Made by a program: the position numbers and the translations under genes. 64,000 nt of DNA. Source: an uncultured Verrucomicrobiae bacterium. Lineage in GTDB: Bacteria > Verrucomicrobiota > Verrucomicrobiia > Chthoniobacterales > JAFAMB01. The stretch spans positions 1,354,966 through 1,418,965 of the forward strand of contig CAWIPH010000002.1 in assembly GCA_963837955.1 (NCBI GenBank), given 5' to 3'. Below, in pieces: positions 1 through 9,500 of this stretch (its first letter is position 1; each line of letters begins with the position of its first letter). The notes beneath the pieces are model-generated. The model was not told the DNA's origin, did no database searches, and saw only the letters and a program-made list of their open reading frames with translations.

Positions 1-2
1 AA

Positions 3-362
3 AATCAGACTAATCGAATTCTTCTTGCGATCGCCACGATCGCTACACTCTGGTCTATGCCTGTAATGCTGCAGGCGGCCGAGCTGCATCCAATTGTTGT
101 TGTCGGAATCCCGCCCAACAGTGTTGCCCTCAGGCATCCAACTCCGGAATATCCTCGCAATGCTTTGAACTTACACATCAGCGGTGATGTTCTGGTTGGG
201 GTCCAGGTCGAGAACGGCGTAATTATGGAAACTACGGCAGTCTCGAATTCGTCACCTATGCTGGCCGATTCGGCTACCCGCTGGGTGGCCAATCAATGGA
301 AATTCAAGCCCTCGGTTAGTGGAGTGTTTACCATTCCCATCTCATACAAACAGTCCGCGTAA
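3..362 (+). CDS. TonB C-terminal domain protein (start at nt 57 or just beyond the window edge)
   Basis: The frame is open from nt 3. A hydrophobic N-terminal stretch (ILLAIATIATLW) is followed by 'PEYPRNALNLHISGDVLVGVQVENGVI...WKFKP', which is typical of TonB_C domains. Confidence 0.6.
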   Translation, partial: NQTNRILLAIATIATLWSMPVMLQAAELHPIVVVGIPPNSVALRHPTPEYPRNALNLHISGDVLVGVQVENGVIMETTAVSNSSPMLADSATRWVANQWKFKPSVSGVFTIPISYKQSA

Positions 363-480
363 ATCAAACCGAATGGCGCGAAGAGAGGCGGGAACACTTT
401 TGTTCTCGTCTCTTCTTTTTTTGGTATGGGTATGAGCCAACGGCGTAGGTGCCCACGAGCTATTTGGGCGGCAAACACTG

Positions 481-640
481 TCGGAGGGCGCGCCGCTTGC
501 GGCGCCCGGGAACCACCCAATGCTCACCGAGGAATCGAGGCGAAAGATCTGTTTCCGCGTACGTTGAACTGAAAGAAATCGCCAATGACTATCGGTTCAT
601 CGCGGCCGTTCCCGGGCGCCGCAAGCGGCGCACCCTCCGA
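481..640. repeat. MITE-like palindromic element, copy 1 of 3 in the window
   Basis: Left arm is TCGGAGGGCGCGCCGCTTGCGGCGCCCGGGAAC and right arm is GTTCCCGGGCGCCGCAAGCGGCGCACCCTCCGA (about 33-bp inverted termini). The internal core ACCGAGGAATCGAGGCGAAAG is shared with the copies at 33076 and 33394. Confidence 0.7.
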
Positions 641-857
641 CGCTGGAACATCCATTGATAGCGAACTCAGATTGATCGCGCGGGCCACCGCCCCTTGGCT
701 ATTTGCCCCGCCCGCAACGCGTAGCGATGCGGGCGGGTATTGGCTAATTCCATTCAAGCCTCTCGTGAGAATGACGGCGGTTTGACGTTTATGCAGCGAG
801 GCACTACCCTCCCGCGAGCCCGCTCCCTGGAAGGCGGCGGGCCAAAACCGAACGCTC

Positions 858-2306
858 GTGGACGCCCGTATCCTTGAGGAATTCCGCGCAATCGTGGGAG
901 ACATCGGCCTGATCACGTCGCAGGAACAATTGAAAACCTACGAGTGTGACGGGCTGACGAATTTCCGCGTCCTTCCACAGGCCGTACTGCTGCCCCGCTC
1001 GACGGAACAGGTCCAGGGAATCGTGCGGGTGTGCCATCGAGAGCGGATTCCATTTGTGGCGCGCGGCTCAGGCACGGGATTAAGCGGGGGCGCACTGCCA
1101 GTGAAAGACGGGGTGGTGATCAGCCTGGCGCGCATGAACCACATTCTCGAAATAGACTTGGCGAACGCGCTCGTGGTGGTGGAGCCGGGTGTGATAAACT
1201 TGGAGGTGACCGGGCGGGTTGCGCCGCAAGGCTTTTTCTATGCGCCCGATCCCTCGTCGCAATCGATCTGCAGCATCGGCGGAAACGTGGCGGAGAACTC
1301 TGGCGGTGCGCACTGTCTAAAATATGGATTTACCACCACGCATGTGCTTGGCCTTGAGATAGTGCTGCCGGATGGCTCGTTGGTGCACCTGGGCGGCAAG
1401 ACCCTCGACGCGCCGGGGTACGACCTGTCGGGCGTGTTCGTGGGCTCAGAGGGCACGTTGGGCCTCGCTACTAAGATAACTCTCCGAATCGTCAAGCGAC
1501 CCGAATGTATCCAGACGCTGCTCGCGGCGTTTAATTCCACCGGCGAAGCGGGTGCGGCGGTGAGCGGAATCATTGCTGCCGGCATGCTGCCTGCAGCGAT
1601 CGAAATGATGGACAACCTGGCTATCCAGGCCGCTGAAGCGGCTGTCCACGCCAACTATCCCGACTGCGGCGCACTGTTGCTGGTGGAGCTCGACGGACCC
1701 ATTGCGGAAGTCGAAGTGCTGATGCGTCAGGTGGACGAAATCTGCCGGAAGTGCGGCGCCGGGGAAATCCGGGTGGCGCAGACGGAGGCGGAGCGCGTGC
1801 TGGTGTGGAAGGGGCGGAAAGCAGCGTTCGCCGCGGTGGGCCGCATTTCGCCGAATTACATCGTACAGGACGGCGTGATCCCACGCACGGCGCTGCCGCG
1901 CGTCATGACCGAAATCGAGCGACTCAGCGCAGAGGCGGGAATCAGAGTAGCCAATGTGTTTCACGCTGGGGACGGCAACCTGCATCCGTTGGTGCTCTAT
2001 GATCGCCGAATCGAAGGGCAGGAGCATGCTGCCGAGGTCCTGGCCAACCGGATCCTTGAACTATGCATCGAGGCCGGCGGGTCCATCACGGGTGAACATG
2101 GTGTCGGTGAAGAGAAGAAAATGATGATGTCAAAGATGTATGCGGAGCCGGATCTAGAAACGATGCAGCGCGTGCGCTGCGCATTTGATCCGGAGCAGCT
2201 CTCAAATCCAACGAAAGTTTTTCCGCGGCCGCGGTTGTGCGGCGAACAGCCCGGGGAGTATCGACCTCATCCTGCGGAGCTCGCCGGAATTGCAGAACGC
2301 TTTTGA
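858..2306 (+). CDS. glcD: Glycolate oxidase subunit GlcD (FAD-linked oxidase)
   Basis: 482-aa ORF with a GTG start. FAD-binding PCMH motifs 'VARGSGTGLSGGALP' and 'GEHGVGEEK' are present. It is followed directly by glcE and glcF homologues. Confidence 0.9.
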   Translation: MDARILEEFRAIVGDIGLITSQEQLKTYECDGLTNFRVLPQAVLLPRSTEQVQGIVRVCHRERIPFVARGSGTGLSGGALPVKDGVVISLARMNHILEIDLANALVVVEPGVINLEVTGRVAPQGFFYAPDPSSQSICSIGGNVAENSGGAHCLKYGFTTTHVLGLEIVLPDGSLVHLGGKTLDAPGYDLSGVFVGSEGTLGLATKITLRIVKRPECIQTLLAAFNSTGEAGAAVSGIIAAGMLPAAIEMMDNLAIQAAEAAVHANYPDCGALLLVELDGPIAEVEVLMRQVDEICRKCGAGEIRVAQTEAERVLVWKGRKAAFAAVGRISPNYIVQDGVIPRTALPRVMTEIERLSAEAGIRVANVFHAGDGNLHPLVLYDRRIEGQEHAAEVLANRILELCIEAGGSITGEHGVGEEKKMMMSKMYAEPDLETMQRVRCAFDPEQLSNPTKVFPRPRLCGEQPGEYRPHPAELAGIAERF

Positions 2307-2307
2307 A

Positions 2308-3600
2308 ATGGCGTCCCTGCCGACAGCTACCGGAACAGAGAAAGGGGTCGCAGTCCCGTGGGACGATCTCCGGGCCATTGCTGGCGCCGATCAGCTTCGC
2401 TCCGCGGGGCCCGGGGACCGCGTCGCTGGAGTGCAGCCGGAAGCGGTCTTCGAGCCAGGCAGCGAAAAAGAATTGGCAGCGGCGCTGCACTGCGCGGACG
2501 CCGCCGGGCTCAGCGTTGTGCCGCGCGGCGGCGGCACGAAAACCAGCTGGGGCAATCCGCCAATGCGCGCCGACCTGATCCTCTCGATGGAGCGACTCAA
2601 CCGGGTGATCGAACACGCCTGGGGCGATCTGACCGTGAGCGTAGAGGCTGGCTGCACTTTCCAGCAATTGCAGAATACACTGTCGCAGCATGGCCAGCGC
2701 ATCGCCATCGATCCGCTGTGGCCCGAGCGGGCCACCATCGGTGGAATCCTTTCAACGAACGACAGCGGCACACTCCGTATTCGGTATGGCGGTCTGCGCG
2801 ACCTGATTATCGGCATGACGATTGCGCTGCCCGATGGCACACTGGCCTCGAGCGGCGGCAAAGTGGTAAAAAATGTCGCCGGGTACGACCTGCCGAAACT
2901 GGCCACGGGAGCACTGGGTACGCTCGGCGTCATCACTCGCGCCATCTTCCGGCTGCATCCTTTGCCGCACAATCAACGGTCGCTCACATTTGAGACACGC
3001 GATCTGACCGACGCCAACCGCGTCATGCTGGCGGTGCAGGACTCCAAGCTGGCGCACACTGGGTTGCAGGCACGATTTTCTGAAGGGAGGACGCCCGCTG
3101 TGGACGTTCGTTTTGAGGGCACCGATGCGGGAATTGCGGCCCAGACAGAGACGTTGCGGAAACTGGCCGCTCCGGCAGCTGAAGCCGCGACCAGCGATGC
3201 GGTCTGGCTGGCGCGGCAAGAACTGTGGTCTTCTGCGGAGGCGGCAGCGATCGCAAAATTCAGCGTTCTTCCGGCGTCGGTCGCAGAGACGTGCCGCCGC
3301 ATTCGCCTCTTGGCCGATTCTCTAGGTATACAGTGGCGTGCCGTTGTGCAGGGAACAGGGTTGGGCTGGCTGCGTCTGGAGGCGTCGAGCGCTGCCGCCA
3401 TTCAGCAGGTTCTACACACTCTGCGGCCCGAGCTCGAACACGTGGGAGGCTCGCTGGTCGTGCTGCATCGACCCGCGGCAATGCCGGCAATTGACGCGTG
3501 GGGCAGCGGGGGCGATGCATTTCCGTTGATGTTGAGTGTGAAACAGCAGTTAGATCCGCGGGGTACGCTGAATCCCGGCCGGTTCATCGGGGGTATCTAA
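2308..3600 (+). CDS. glcE: Glycolate oxidase FAD-binding subunit GlcE
   Basis: ATG at 2308 lies 2 nt after the glcD stop ('MASLPTATG...'). FAD-binding motifs 'VVPRGGGTKTSWG' and 'VKNVAGYDLPKL' are present. The longer ORF-track start at 2185 overlaps glcD and is unlikely. Confidence 0.85.
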   Translation: MASLPTATGTEKGVAVPWDDLRAIAGADQLRSAGPGDRVAGVQPEAVFEPGSEKELAAALHCADAAGLSVVPRGGGTKTSWGNPPMRADLILSMERLNRVIEHAWGDLTVSVEAGCTFQQLQNTLSQHGQRIAIDPLWPERATIGGILSTNDSGTLRIRYGGLRDLIIGMTIALPDGTLASSGGKVVKNVAGYDLPKLATGALGTLGVITRAIFRLHPLPHNQRSLTFETRDLTDANRVMLAVQDSKLAHTGLQARFSEGRTPAVDVRFEGTDAGIAAQTETLRKLAAPAAEAATSDAVWLARQELWSSAEAAAIAKFSVLPASVAETCRRIRLLADSLGIQWRAVVQGTGLGWLRLEASSAAAIQQVLHTLRPELEHVGGSLVVLHRPAAMPAIDAWGSGGDAFPLMLSVKQQLDPRGTLNPGRFIGGI

Positions 3601-4910
3601 TGGCGCAGCAACAAACTCCAGTAGGCGTAAACGGGTACGACACGCACCATCCGCCGTCGGATGAACTGATCGACAAATGCGTGCATTGCGGGTTCTGCCT
3701 GCCCGTGTGCCCCACCTACGTGCTGTGGAACGAGGAGATGGACTCGCCGCGTGGGCGCATCTACCTGATGAAGATGGTCGCCGATGGCACCGCAACCATC
3801 AACAAAACATGGGTGAGCCATTTCGACGCCTGCCTCGGCTGTATGGCCTGCGTGACCGCGTGTCCCTCCGGCGTGGAGTATGGGAAGCTGATCGAAGCGA
3901 CCCGGGCGCAAATTGAGCGCCGCTATACGCGACCAGCTGCGGAGATGAGGTTTCGCCGGCTTCTGTTCAGCATCTTCCCGCGCCCAGACCGGCTGCGTGC
4001 GCTGTTGCTGCCGTTGCGTCTGTATCAGAAAGCCGGGCTCCAGTCCTTGGTGCGGCGCGCGGGCATTCCTAAATTGTTTCCAGCACGTTTTCGGGCCATG
4101 GAGGCGTTGTTGCCGCAAGTGCCCGCGCAGGAAACACTCCTTGAATTGATCCCGGCGCAGGGCGAACGGCGACGCCGCGTGGGATTGCTGCTCGGTTGCG
4201 TGCAGCGTGTGCTTTTCCCACAGGTCAATGCAGCCACGGCGCGCGTGCTCGCCGCAGAGGGATGCGAGGTAGTGGCTCCTAAGGCGCAACCTTGCTGCGG
4301 CGCCTTGCTGGTGCATGCTGGAGAAGAGGAGCAGGCGGTGCAACTCGCGCGTCAGACCATTGACGCGTTCGAAAAGGCTCAGGTCGATGCCGTGATCATC
4401 AATGCCGCGGGTTGTGGCTCGAATGTGAAAGAGTATGGCCACCTCCTGCGCGATGACTCGGAGTATGCCGAGCGCGCGAAAGTGTTTGCGGCGAAGTGCC
4501 GCGACGTTTCCGAATTTCTGGCCGAGCTCGAGCCGCGCGCTACCCGCCATGCGTTACCGCTGCGTGTGGCCTACCACGATGCCTGCCACTTGCAGCACGC
4601 GCAGGGAATACGTTCGCAGCCGCGGACAGTGCTGGGACGCATCCCGCAACTCGAATTACTGGAAATCCCCGAAGCCGCGATCTGCTGCGGCTCCGCCGGA
4701 ATCTACAACCTGGTACAACCGGAAGCTGCGACGGAGCTTGGCGATCGGAAAGCGAGTCACATCGCCGCGCTAGAGGCCGACATCGTTGTGTCGGCCAACC
4801 CCGGCTGCCTGTTGCAGCTCCAGTCGGCGCTGGCTCGCGCAGGGCGAAAGCTGCCGGTTCGCCACTTCATCGAGTTGCTCGACGCGTCGATCCGTGGCGT
4901 TTCTCTGTAG
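3600..4910 (+). CDS. glcF: Glycolate oxidase iron-sulfur subunit GlcF
   Basis: ATG at 3600 overlaps the glcE TAA stop. Two ferredoxin-type cluster motifs are present ('CVHCGFCLPVCP', 'CLGCMACVTACP'), with C-terminal CCG-type Cys motifs ('CCGSAG'). Confidence 0.9.
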   Translation: MAQQQTPVGVNGYDTHHPPSDELIDKCVHCGFCLPVCPTYVLWNEEMDSPRGRIYLMKMVADGTATINKTWVSHFDACLGCMACVTACPSGVEYGKLIEATRAQIERRYTRPAAEMRFRRLLFSIFPRPDRLRALLLPLRLYQKAGLQSLVRRAGIPKLFPARFRAMEALLPQVPAQETLLELIPAQGERRRRVGLLLGCVQRVLFPQVNAATARVLAAEGCEVVAPKAQPCCGALLVHAGEEEQAVQLARQTIDAFEKAQVDAVIINAAGCGSNVKEYGHLLRDDSEYAERAKVFAAKCRDVSEFLAELEPRATRHALPLRVAYHDACHLQHAQGIRSQPRTVLGRIPQLELLEIPEAAICCGSAGIYNLVQPEAATELGDRKASHIAALEADIVVSANPGCLLQLQSALARAGRKLPVRHFIELLDASIRGVSL

Positions 4911-4931
4911 TGCGCTCCGCAATTTTTATTT

Positions 4932-4964
4932 CTGAATTCTGAGTCTCGATTCAGGATTTTTTTT
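4932..4964 (+). terminator. Weak hairpin plus T8 tract after glcF
   Basis: CTGAAT(4932-4937)/ATTCAG(4949-4954) stem followed by TTTTTTTT (4957-4964). The stem is short and AT-rich. Confidence 0.35.
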
Positions 4965-5054
4965 GCTGATTGCCGCGGAAGTTTCCGGTATGCATTCTTC
5001 CAATTTCTTACGAAGTAGCTTTTCACAGCTCACTCGTCCCCCCACCCCCCAAAC

Positions 5055-6716
5055 ATGTTCTCTCAAGTTTATAATCCGTTTAACAGCACATTACTTTCCG
5101 CGTTAGTCGCCGCTATCCCGATAGTTGTTCTGCTGGGAGCGATCGCTTTTCTGCGGATGAAGGCTCACATCGCCGCGTTGCTCGGCCTCATCGCTTCGTT
5201 GTCTGTAGCGATCTTCGTCTTTGGTATGCCTTCCCAGATGGCTGGGATGTCCGCTCTGTTTGGCGCTGCCTACGGTCTGATGCCCATCGGATGGATCATC
5301 CTGAATCTTATTTTTCTTTACCAACTCACGGTCGATAGGGGCTATTTCAATATCCTCCAGAACAGTATCAGCGCGGTTACGCGCGACCGCCGGCTGCAAC
5401 TGCTTTTGATCGCTTTTTCGTTCGGCGCATTTTTCGAAGGAGCCGCCGGATTCGGAACTCCGGTCGCGGTCACCGGAGCGATTCTGATTGGTCTTGGCTT
5501 TCGTCCGCTAGCGGCCTCCGGCCTTTCGCTGATTGCCAATACCGCGCCCGTGGCCTTTGGCGCATTGGGTACACCGGTGATTGCGCTCGCCGGGGTTACC
5601 GGTCTCGATCTGTTCCAACTCTCGAGCAAGATTGGCCAACAACTTCCGTGGTTCTCTTTAATCATCCCGTTCTGGTTGATTTGGGCATTCGCCGGTTTCC
5701 GCGGCATGCTTGGCATTTGGCCCGCGGCCCTGATCGCGGGGGGCTTCTTTGCCGTGCCGCAGTTCCTTATTTCCAACTTTCATGGACCCTGGTTAGTCGA
5801 CATCGTTTCAGCCGTCGTCTCGATGACAGCTCTCACGTTGTTCCTCCGAATTTGGCATCCTAAACAACTCTGGCTCGCGACCGAGCGTCCCGGGAACGAC
5901 AATCCCGGGCATGCTAATAACCCTAGTCCGGTCGCCGATACCGACACGAGCGCGCTGTCATCTCGCCCTAGCCGTGCCGATACGATCAAGGCGTTGATCC
6001 CTTGGATCCTTCTGTGCGTTTTCGTCTTTGTTTGGGGTGTCCCGCAATTCAAAGCGTTTCTGGATGGGGTATTCGGTCCGAAGCTTCCCGTTCTAGGTCT
6101 CGACAAGCTGGTGCAGAAGATGCCTCCAGTGATGGCGAAACCTACTGCTGATGCTGCCGTCTATTCGTTTGGCATACTATCGGCAACCGGCACCGGGATT
6201 TTTTTGGCAGCGATCGTTGGCGGACTCGTTATGGGCTGTTCCTTTGGCAACCTGCTCCGGACCTACTGGCGAACCCTCAAACTCGTTCGGTTCTCGTTGC
6301 TCACAATCGCCTGCATGTTGGCGTTGGGTTACGTTACCCGGTACTCTGGTACCGATGCAGCGCTCGGCCTCGCCTTTGCCCAGACGGGCGTGATTTACCC
6401 TTTCTTTGGCACTCTGCTCGGGTGGTTGGGAGTTGCACTTACCGGATCCGATACCGCCTCCAACGTCTTATTCGGCGGATTGCAAAAGATAACGGCCCAA
6501 CAACTCGGACTGAATCCGGTTTTGATGGCCGCGGCCAACAGTAGTGGGGGAGTAATGGGGAAGATGATCGATGCTCAGAGCATTGTCGTCGCTTCGACTG
6601 CTACGCGCTGGTACGGTCACGAAGGAGATATTCTTCGCTTTGTTTTCTTCCATAGTATCGCGTTGGCGTCATTGGTCGGAATTTTGGTTACGTTGCAGGC
6701 GTACGTTTTTAAATAA
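5055..6716 (+). CDS. lctP: L-lactate/glycolate permease (LctP family)
   Basis: 553-aa polytopic membrane protein. The N-terminus 'YNPFNSTLLSALVAAIPIVVLL' and overall pattern are typical of the LctP/GlcA/LldP family. It sits next to glcDEF. Confidence 0.85.
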   Translation: MFSQVYNPFNSTLLSALVAAIPIVVLLGAIAFLRMKAHIAALLGLIASLSVAIFVFGMPSQMAGMSALFGAAYGLMPIGWIILNLIFLYQLTVDRGYFNILQNSISAVTRDRRLQLLLIAFSFGAFFEGAAGFGTPVAVTGAILIGLGFRPLAASGLSLIANTAPVAFGALGTPVIALAGVTGLDLFQLSSKIGQQLPWFSLIIPFWLIWAFAGFRGMLGIWPAALIAGGFFAVPQFLISNFHGPWLVDIVSAVVSMTALTLFLRIWHPKQLWLATERPGNDNPGHANNPSPVADTDTSALSSRPSRADTIKALIPWILLCVFVFVWGVPQFKAFLDGVFGPKLPVLGLDKLVQKMPPVMAKPTADAAVYSFGILSATGTGIFLAAIVGGLVMGCSFGNLLRTYWRTLKLVRFSLLTIACMLALGYVTRYSGTDAALGLAFAQTGVIYPFFGTLLGWLGVALTGSDTASNVLFGGLQKITAQQLGLNPVLMAAANSSGGVMGKMIDAQSIVVASTATRWYGHEGDILRFVFFHSIALASLVGILVTLQAYVFK

Positions 6717-6821
6717 GGAACAGGGTAGCCTGATCCTCCTGGCTCAGGAATCCCAGGCGCTGCAAGTCTGCGGTCTCCCCCGTATCCGGGTCGTTACGAA
6801 CGGACACGCAGGAGCGTGTTC

Positions 6822-7670
6822 CTACCGATCTTGTCGCACCAATTCTGAAACCACTGCGAAGTCTTGCTCGCCCCAGCCTTTTTCATCGGCTCGCGCCAGC
6901 ACATGATTGACGGCCTTGGTCAGAGGAAGCTCGAGCTTTAGTTTCTCGGCTAAACTGAGCGCTAAATGAGAATCCTTTAACATGTTCCTGAGCGAAAAAT
7001 TCGGATCAAAGTCTCGTTTGAGAATCGCTGGAAGTTTCATATCGCTGACGCCAGAACGACAGGCATTATTCTCAATCGCTTCGACTAATTTATTTGGATT
7101 CACTCCTGCCTTTTCAGTGATGGCTACCGCCTCTGCCAGGCTTTGCACGATGCTGGCGGTGATCAAATTCGTTGCGATCTTTATCAGGCTCGCATCGCCC
7201 AGGCGATCGAAGTAGACCATGTGTTTACTGGTTGCTTCCAGAATCGGTTTGGCTCGCTCTAAATCGGGTTGCTCGCCGGCCACGTAATAGACTAACTGAC
7301 CTTTTTCCGCCGCGCCCTTGCTACCGGTAAACGGCGCGTCAATCAGGTGCGCTCCGATTGGATCAATTTCCTGTTTAATTTTTTTGATGGTATCCGGGGA
7401 AATTGTCGAATGCACGATCAAGAGATGCTGGGGCGTCAAAGCGGAGCGCAATTTCTCGATTGTTTCTAAAATCGCAGCATCGTTAGCGACGAAGATTTGC
7501 AGGATTTGGCATGTCTCTGCCAAGGCTTGCGGAGATTGAACAAACTGTGGCTCATCCTTTGGTGTTCGGTTCCAAACATAAACATCAAATCCGGCTTTCC
7601 GTAGATTCTTGGCTACGCGAGCGCCAATGATGCCGAGACCGATAACCCCGACCCGGGAAGTAGTGCTCAT
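6822..7670 (-). CDS. NAD(P)-dependent beta-hydroxyacid dehydrogenase (HIBADH / tartronate-semialdehyde or glyoxylate reductase family)
   Basis: Rossmann motif 'VGVIGLGIIGARVA' lies right after the internal Met at 7670. 'DAPFTGSKGAAEKGQL' and 'KDSHLAL' motifs match the 6-PGDH-like HIBADH family. The alternative longer start is at 7727. Confidence 0.8.
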   Translation of the reverse strand: MSTTSRVGVIGLGIIGARVAKNLRKAGFDVYVWNRTPKDEPQFVQSPQALAETCQILQIFVANDAAILETIEKLRSALTPQHLLIVHSTISPDTIKKIKQEIDPIGAHLIDAPFTGSKGAAEKGQLVYYVAGEQPDLERAKPILEATSKHMVYFDRLGDASLIKIATNLITASIVQSLAEAVAITEKAGVNPNKLVEAIENNACRSGVSDMKLPAILKRDFDPNFSLRNMLKDSHLALSLAEKLKLELPLTKAVNHVLARADEKGWGEQDFAVVSELVRQDR

Positions 7671-7842
7671 AAAGAACGGATAGCCCGACCGAAATCGCTC
7701 AACAAACGAATTTAATTTACGAGACAAATTAATCTTACATTGGAATCACCATGCAGGTTCGGAAATTTTGATTATCGTAGATCAATTCCAAAGCTGAAAT
7801 GCAGACTGCAGTGCTGGGTCCTCGTGAGCCTGCCTACAGTCC

Positions 7843-8526
7843 ATGAAACAGGAGGTTTTTATGCATTATCATGACGATGACAGCGCGGTTCCCGCCTCTG
7901 CGGATGAGAGTCGTTCTTCGCGGCGGCATTTTTTGAGCCAACTGGCGGCGTTATCCGCCAGCTTGACGGTCGCAATCCCGGCGGCACGCGCCGCATCGCC
8001 GAACGAGCGTCCAGCTCCGAAGAATTCCGATCCGGAAACTAAAGGATCTCGGGTAGACGTTGTTTTAAAGGTGAACGGTCGGGAAAGCCGACTAAAGCTC
8101 GATTCCCGAGTGACGTTGCTGGATGCTGTCCGCGACCGACTGAACTTGAGCGGCACCAAGAAGGGATGCGATCATGGCGCGTGCGGCGCGTGCACGGTCT
8201 TGGTTGACGGGAAAAGGGTTCTTTCCTGTTTGACTTTGGCGGTGATGGCTCAAGGAAGGGAGATCACCACGATCGAGGGACTTGCGCACGGAGATGAACT
8301 GCATCCGGTGCAGGCCGCGTTTGTAACTTGTGATGGATTCCAGTGCGGTTATTGCACGCCAGGCCAGATCATGTCTGCTGTCGGTTGCATAGAAGAGGGG
8401 CATGCTCGTTCGGATAGCGAGATCAGGGAATTCATGTCTGGCAACCTTTGTCGTTGCGGTGCCTACCCCAACATTGTTGAAGCGATCAAACACGCTGCGA
8501 CTCAAATGAAAGGAGCGGTCAGTTAA
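7843..8526 (+). CDS. paoA: Periplasmic aldehyde oxidoreductase, 2Fe-2S subunit with Tat signal (PaoA/YagT-like)
   Basis: Twin-arginine signal 'SRRHFLSQLAALSASLTVAIPAARA'. Motifs 'CDHGACGACTV' and 'CGYCTPG...CRCG' match [2Fe-2S] sites of the xanthine dehydrogenase family. Size and gene order match E. coli paoABCD. Confidence 0.8.
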   Translation: MKQEVFMHYHDDDSAVPASADESRSSRRHFLSQLAALSASLTVAIPAARAASPNERPAPKNSDPETKGSRVDVVLKVNGRESRLKLDSRVTLLDAVRDRLNLSGTKKGCDHGACGACTVLVDGKRVLSCLTLAVMAQGREITTIEGLAHGDELHPVQAAFVTCDGFQCGYCTPGQIMSAVGCIEEGHARSDSEIREFMSGNLCRCGAYPNIVEAIKHAATQMKGAVS

Positions 8527-9500
8527 TGCAAGCCTTTCATTTTAATTTAGCGACCTCTCAAAAAGAGGCTGCTGCCGGTAGGACTGGTGCGGCTTTCATC
8601 GCGGGTGGCACCAACCTGATCGACCTGATGAAGCTGGAGGTCATGACCCCTGCGCAACTCATTGATCTCGGGCCACTCTCTTTACGCGGTGTGAAGGTGG
8701 ATGATAGCGGACTCCATATTGGCGCGCTCGAAAAAATGGCCGCGGTCGCGGAAGATCCACAAGTAGTTAAGAAGTATCCAGTCATTTCCCAGGCGTTGTT
8801 GAAGAGCGCTTCGGCCCAAATTCGCAATATGGCCACGATGGGAGGCAATCTGATGCAGCGAACGCGTTGCGGATATTTTCGAGATGTTGTTTCTCCCTGC
8901 AACAAGCGCGTACCCGGCAGCGGTTGTCCAGCGTTTGACGGCGAAAATCGGATGCACGCAATCTTCGGAGTGAGCGACTCTTGCTGCGCGACTCATCCGA
9001 GCGACCTGGCGGTCGCCTTGGTTGCTCTCGATGCCGTCCTGAAGCTAGAAAGTTCGCGAGAGATCCGGCAGGTAAAGCTGGAAGATTTTTATTTGCTACC
9101 AGGGAAGACGCCGGATCGAGAGCACGACATTCGCCCTGGTGAGATCATCACCGAAATTTTTGTCCCTCGCAAAGCGTGGGCTGGTCGGTCCGGTTATCTG
9201 AAGATTCGGGATAGAGAGTCTTATGAGTTTGCGTTGAGTTCGGCTGCGGCGGCTCTTGATCTTGATGGTTCGACCATTCGAGATGCCCGGATCGCCGTGG
9301 GTGGCGTCGGAACCAAGCCATGGGTTCTTCCGCATGTGGTGGAAGCGCTCAAGGGAAAAAACGCCAATCGGGCGGTATTCGAGGCCGCGGCGGAGCAGGC
9401 GACTGAGGGTGCAAAAACGTTGAGCCAAAACAGTTTCAAAGTGCCCCTGCTCAAAAAGACAATTGTTCGTGTTCTCAGCGAGGTAGGAGGTGTCGTATGA
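8526..9500 (+). CDS. paoB: Aldehyde oxidoreductase FAD-binding subunit (PaoB/YagS-like)
   Basis: 324 aa. 'FIAGGTNLIDLMK' is the FAD-binding motif of CO dehydrogenase/XDH medium subunits. The start overlaps the paoA stop. Confidence 0.8.
   Translation: MQAFHFNLATSQKEAAAGRTGAAFIAGGTNLIDLMKLEVMTPAQLIDLGPLSLRGVKVDDSGLHIGALEKMAAVAEDPQVVKKYPVISQALLKSASAQIRNMATMGGNLMQRTRCGYFRDVVSPCNKRVPGSGCPAFDGENRMHAIFGVSDSCCATHPSDLAVALVALDAVLKLESSREIRQVKLEDFYLLPGKTPDREHDIRPGEIITEIFVPRKAWAGRSGYLKIRDRESYEFALSSAAAALDLDGSTIRDARIAVGGVGTKPWVLPHVVEALKGKNANRAVFEAAAEQATEGAKTLSQNSFKVPLLKKTIVRVLSEVGGVV

Noticed and set aside
3597-4550. 317-aa antisense ORF inside glcF, and similar long antisense or off-frame ORFs (e.g. 1446-2027, 2391-2972, 20487-21078, 23198-23740, 37494-38114, 55990-56631)
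   Set aside because: They lie opposite or out of frame with genes that have clear family motifs. Their products are Arg/Ala/Ser/Pro-biased low-complexity sequences, as expected for stop-poor alternative frames in GC-rich coding DNA.
7728-7842. Possible Moco riboswitch upstream of paoA ('CCTCGTGAGCC' vaguely resembles the conserved CCUCCGAGCC; 'AAACAGGAGG' lies at the RBS)
   Set aside because: The region is only ~115 nt. I could not build the multi-stem Moco fold from it, and the similarity is one short degenerate block. A covariance-model scan (Rfam Moco motif) is needed; without it the claim is unsupported.
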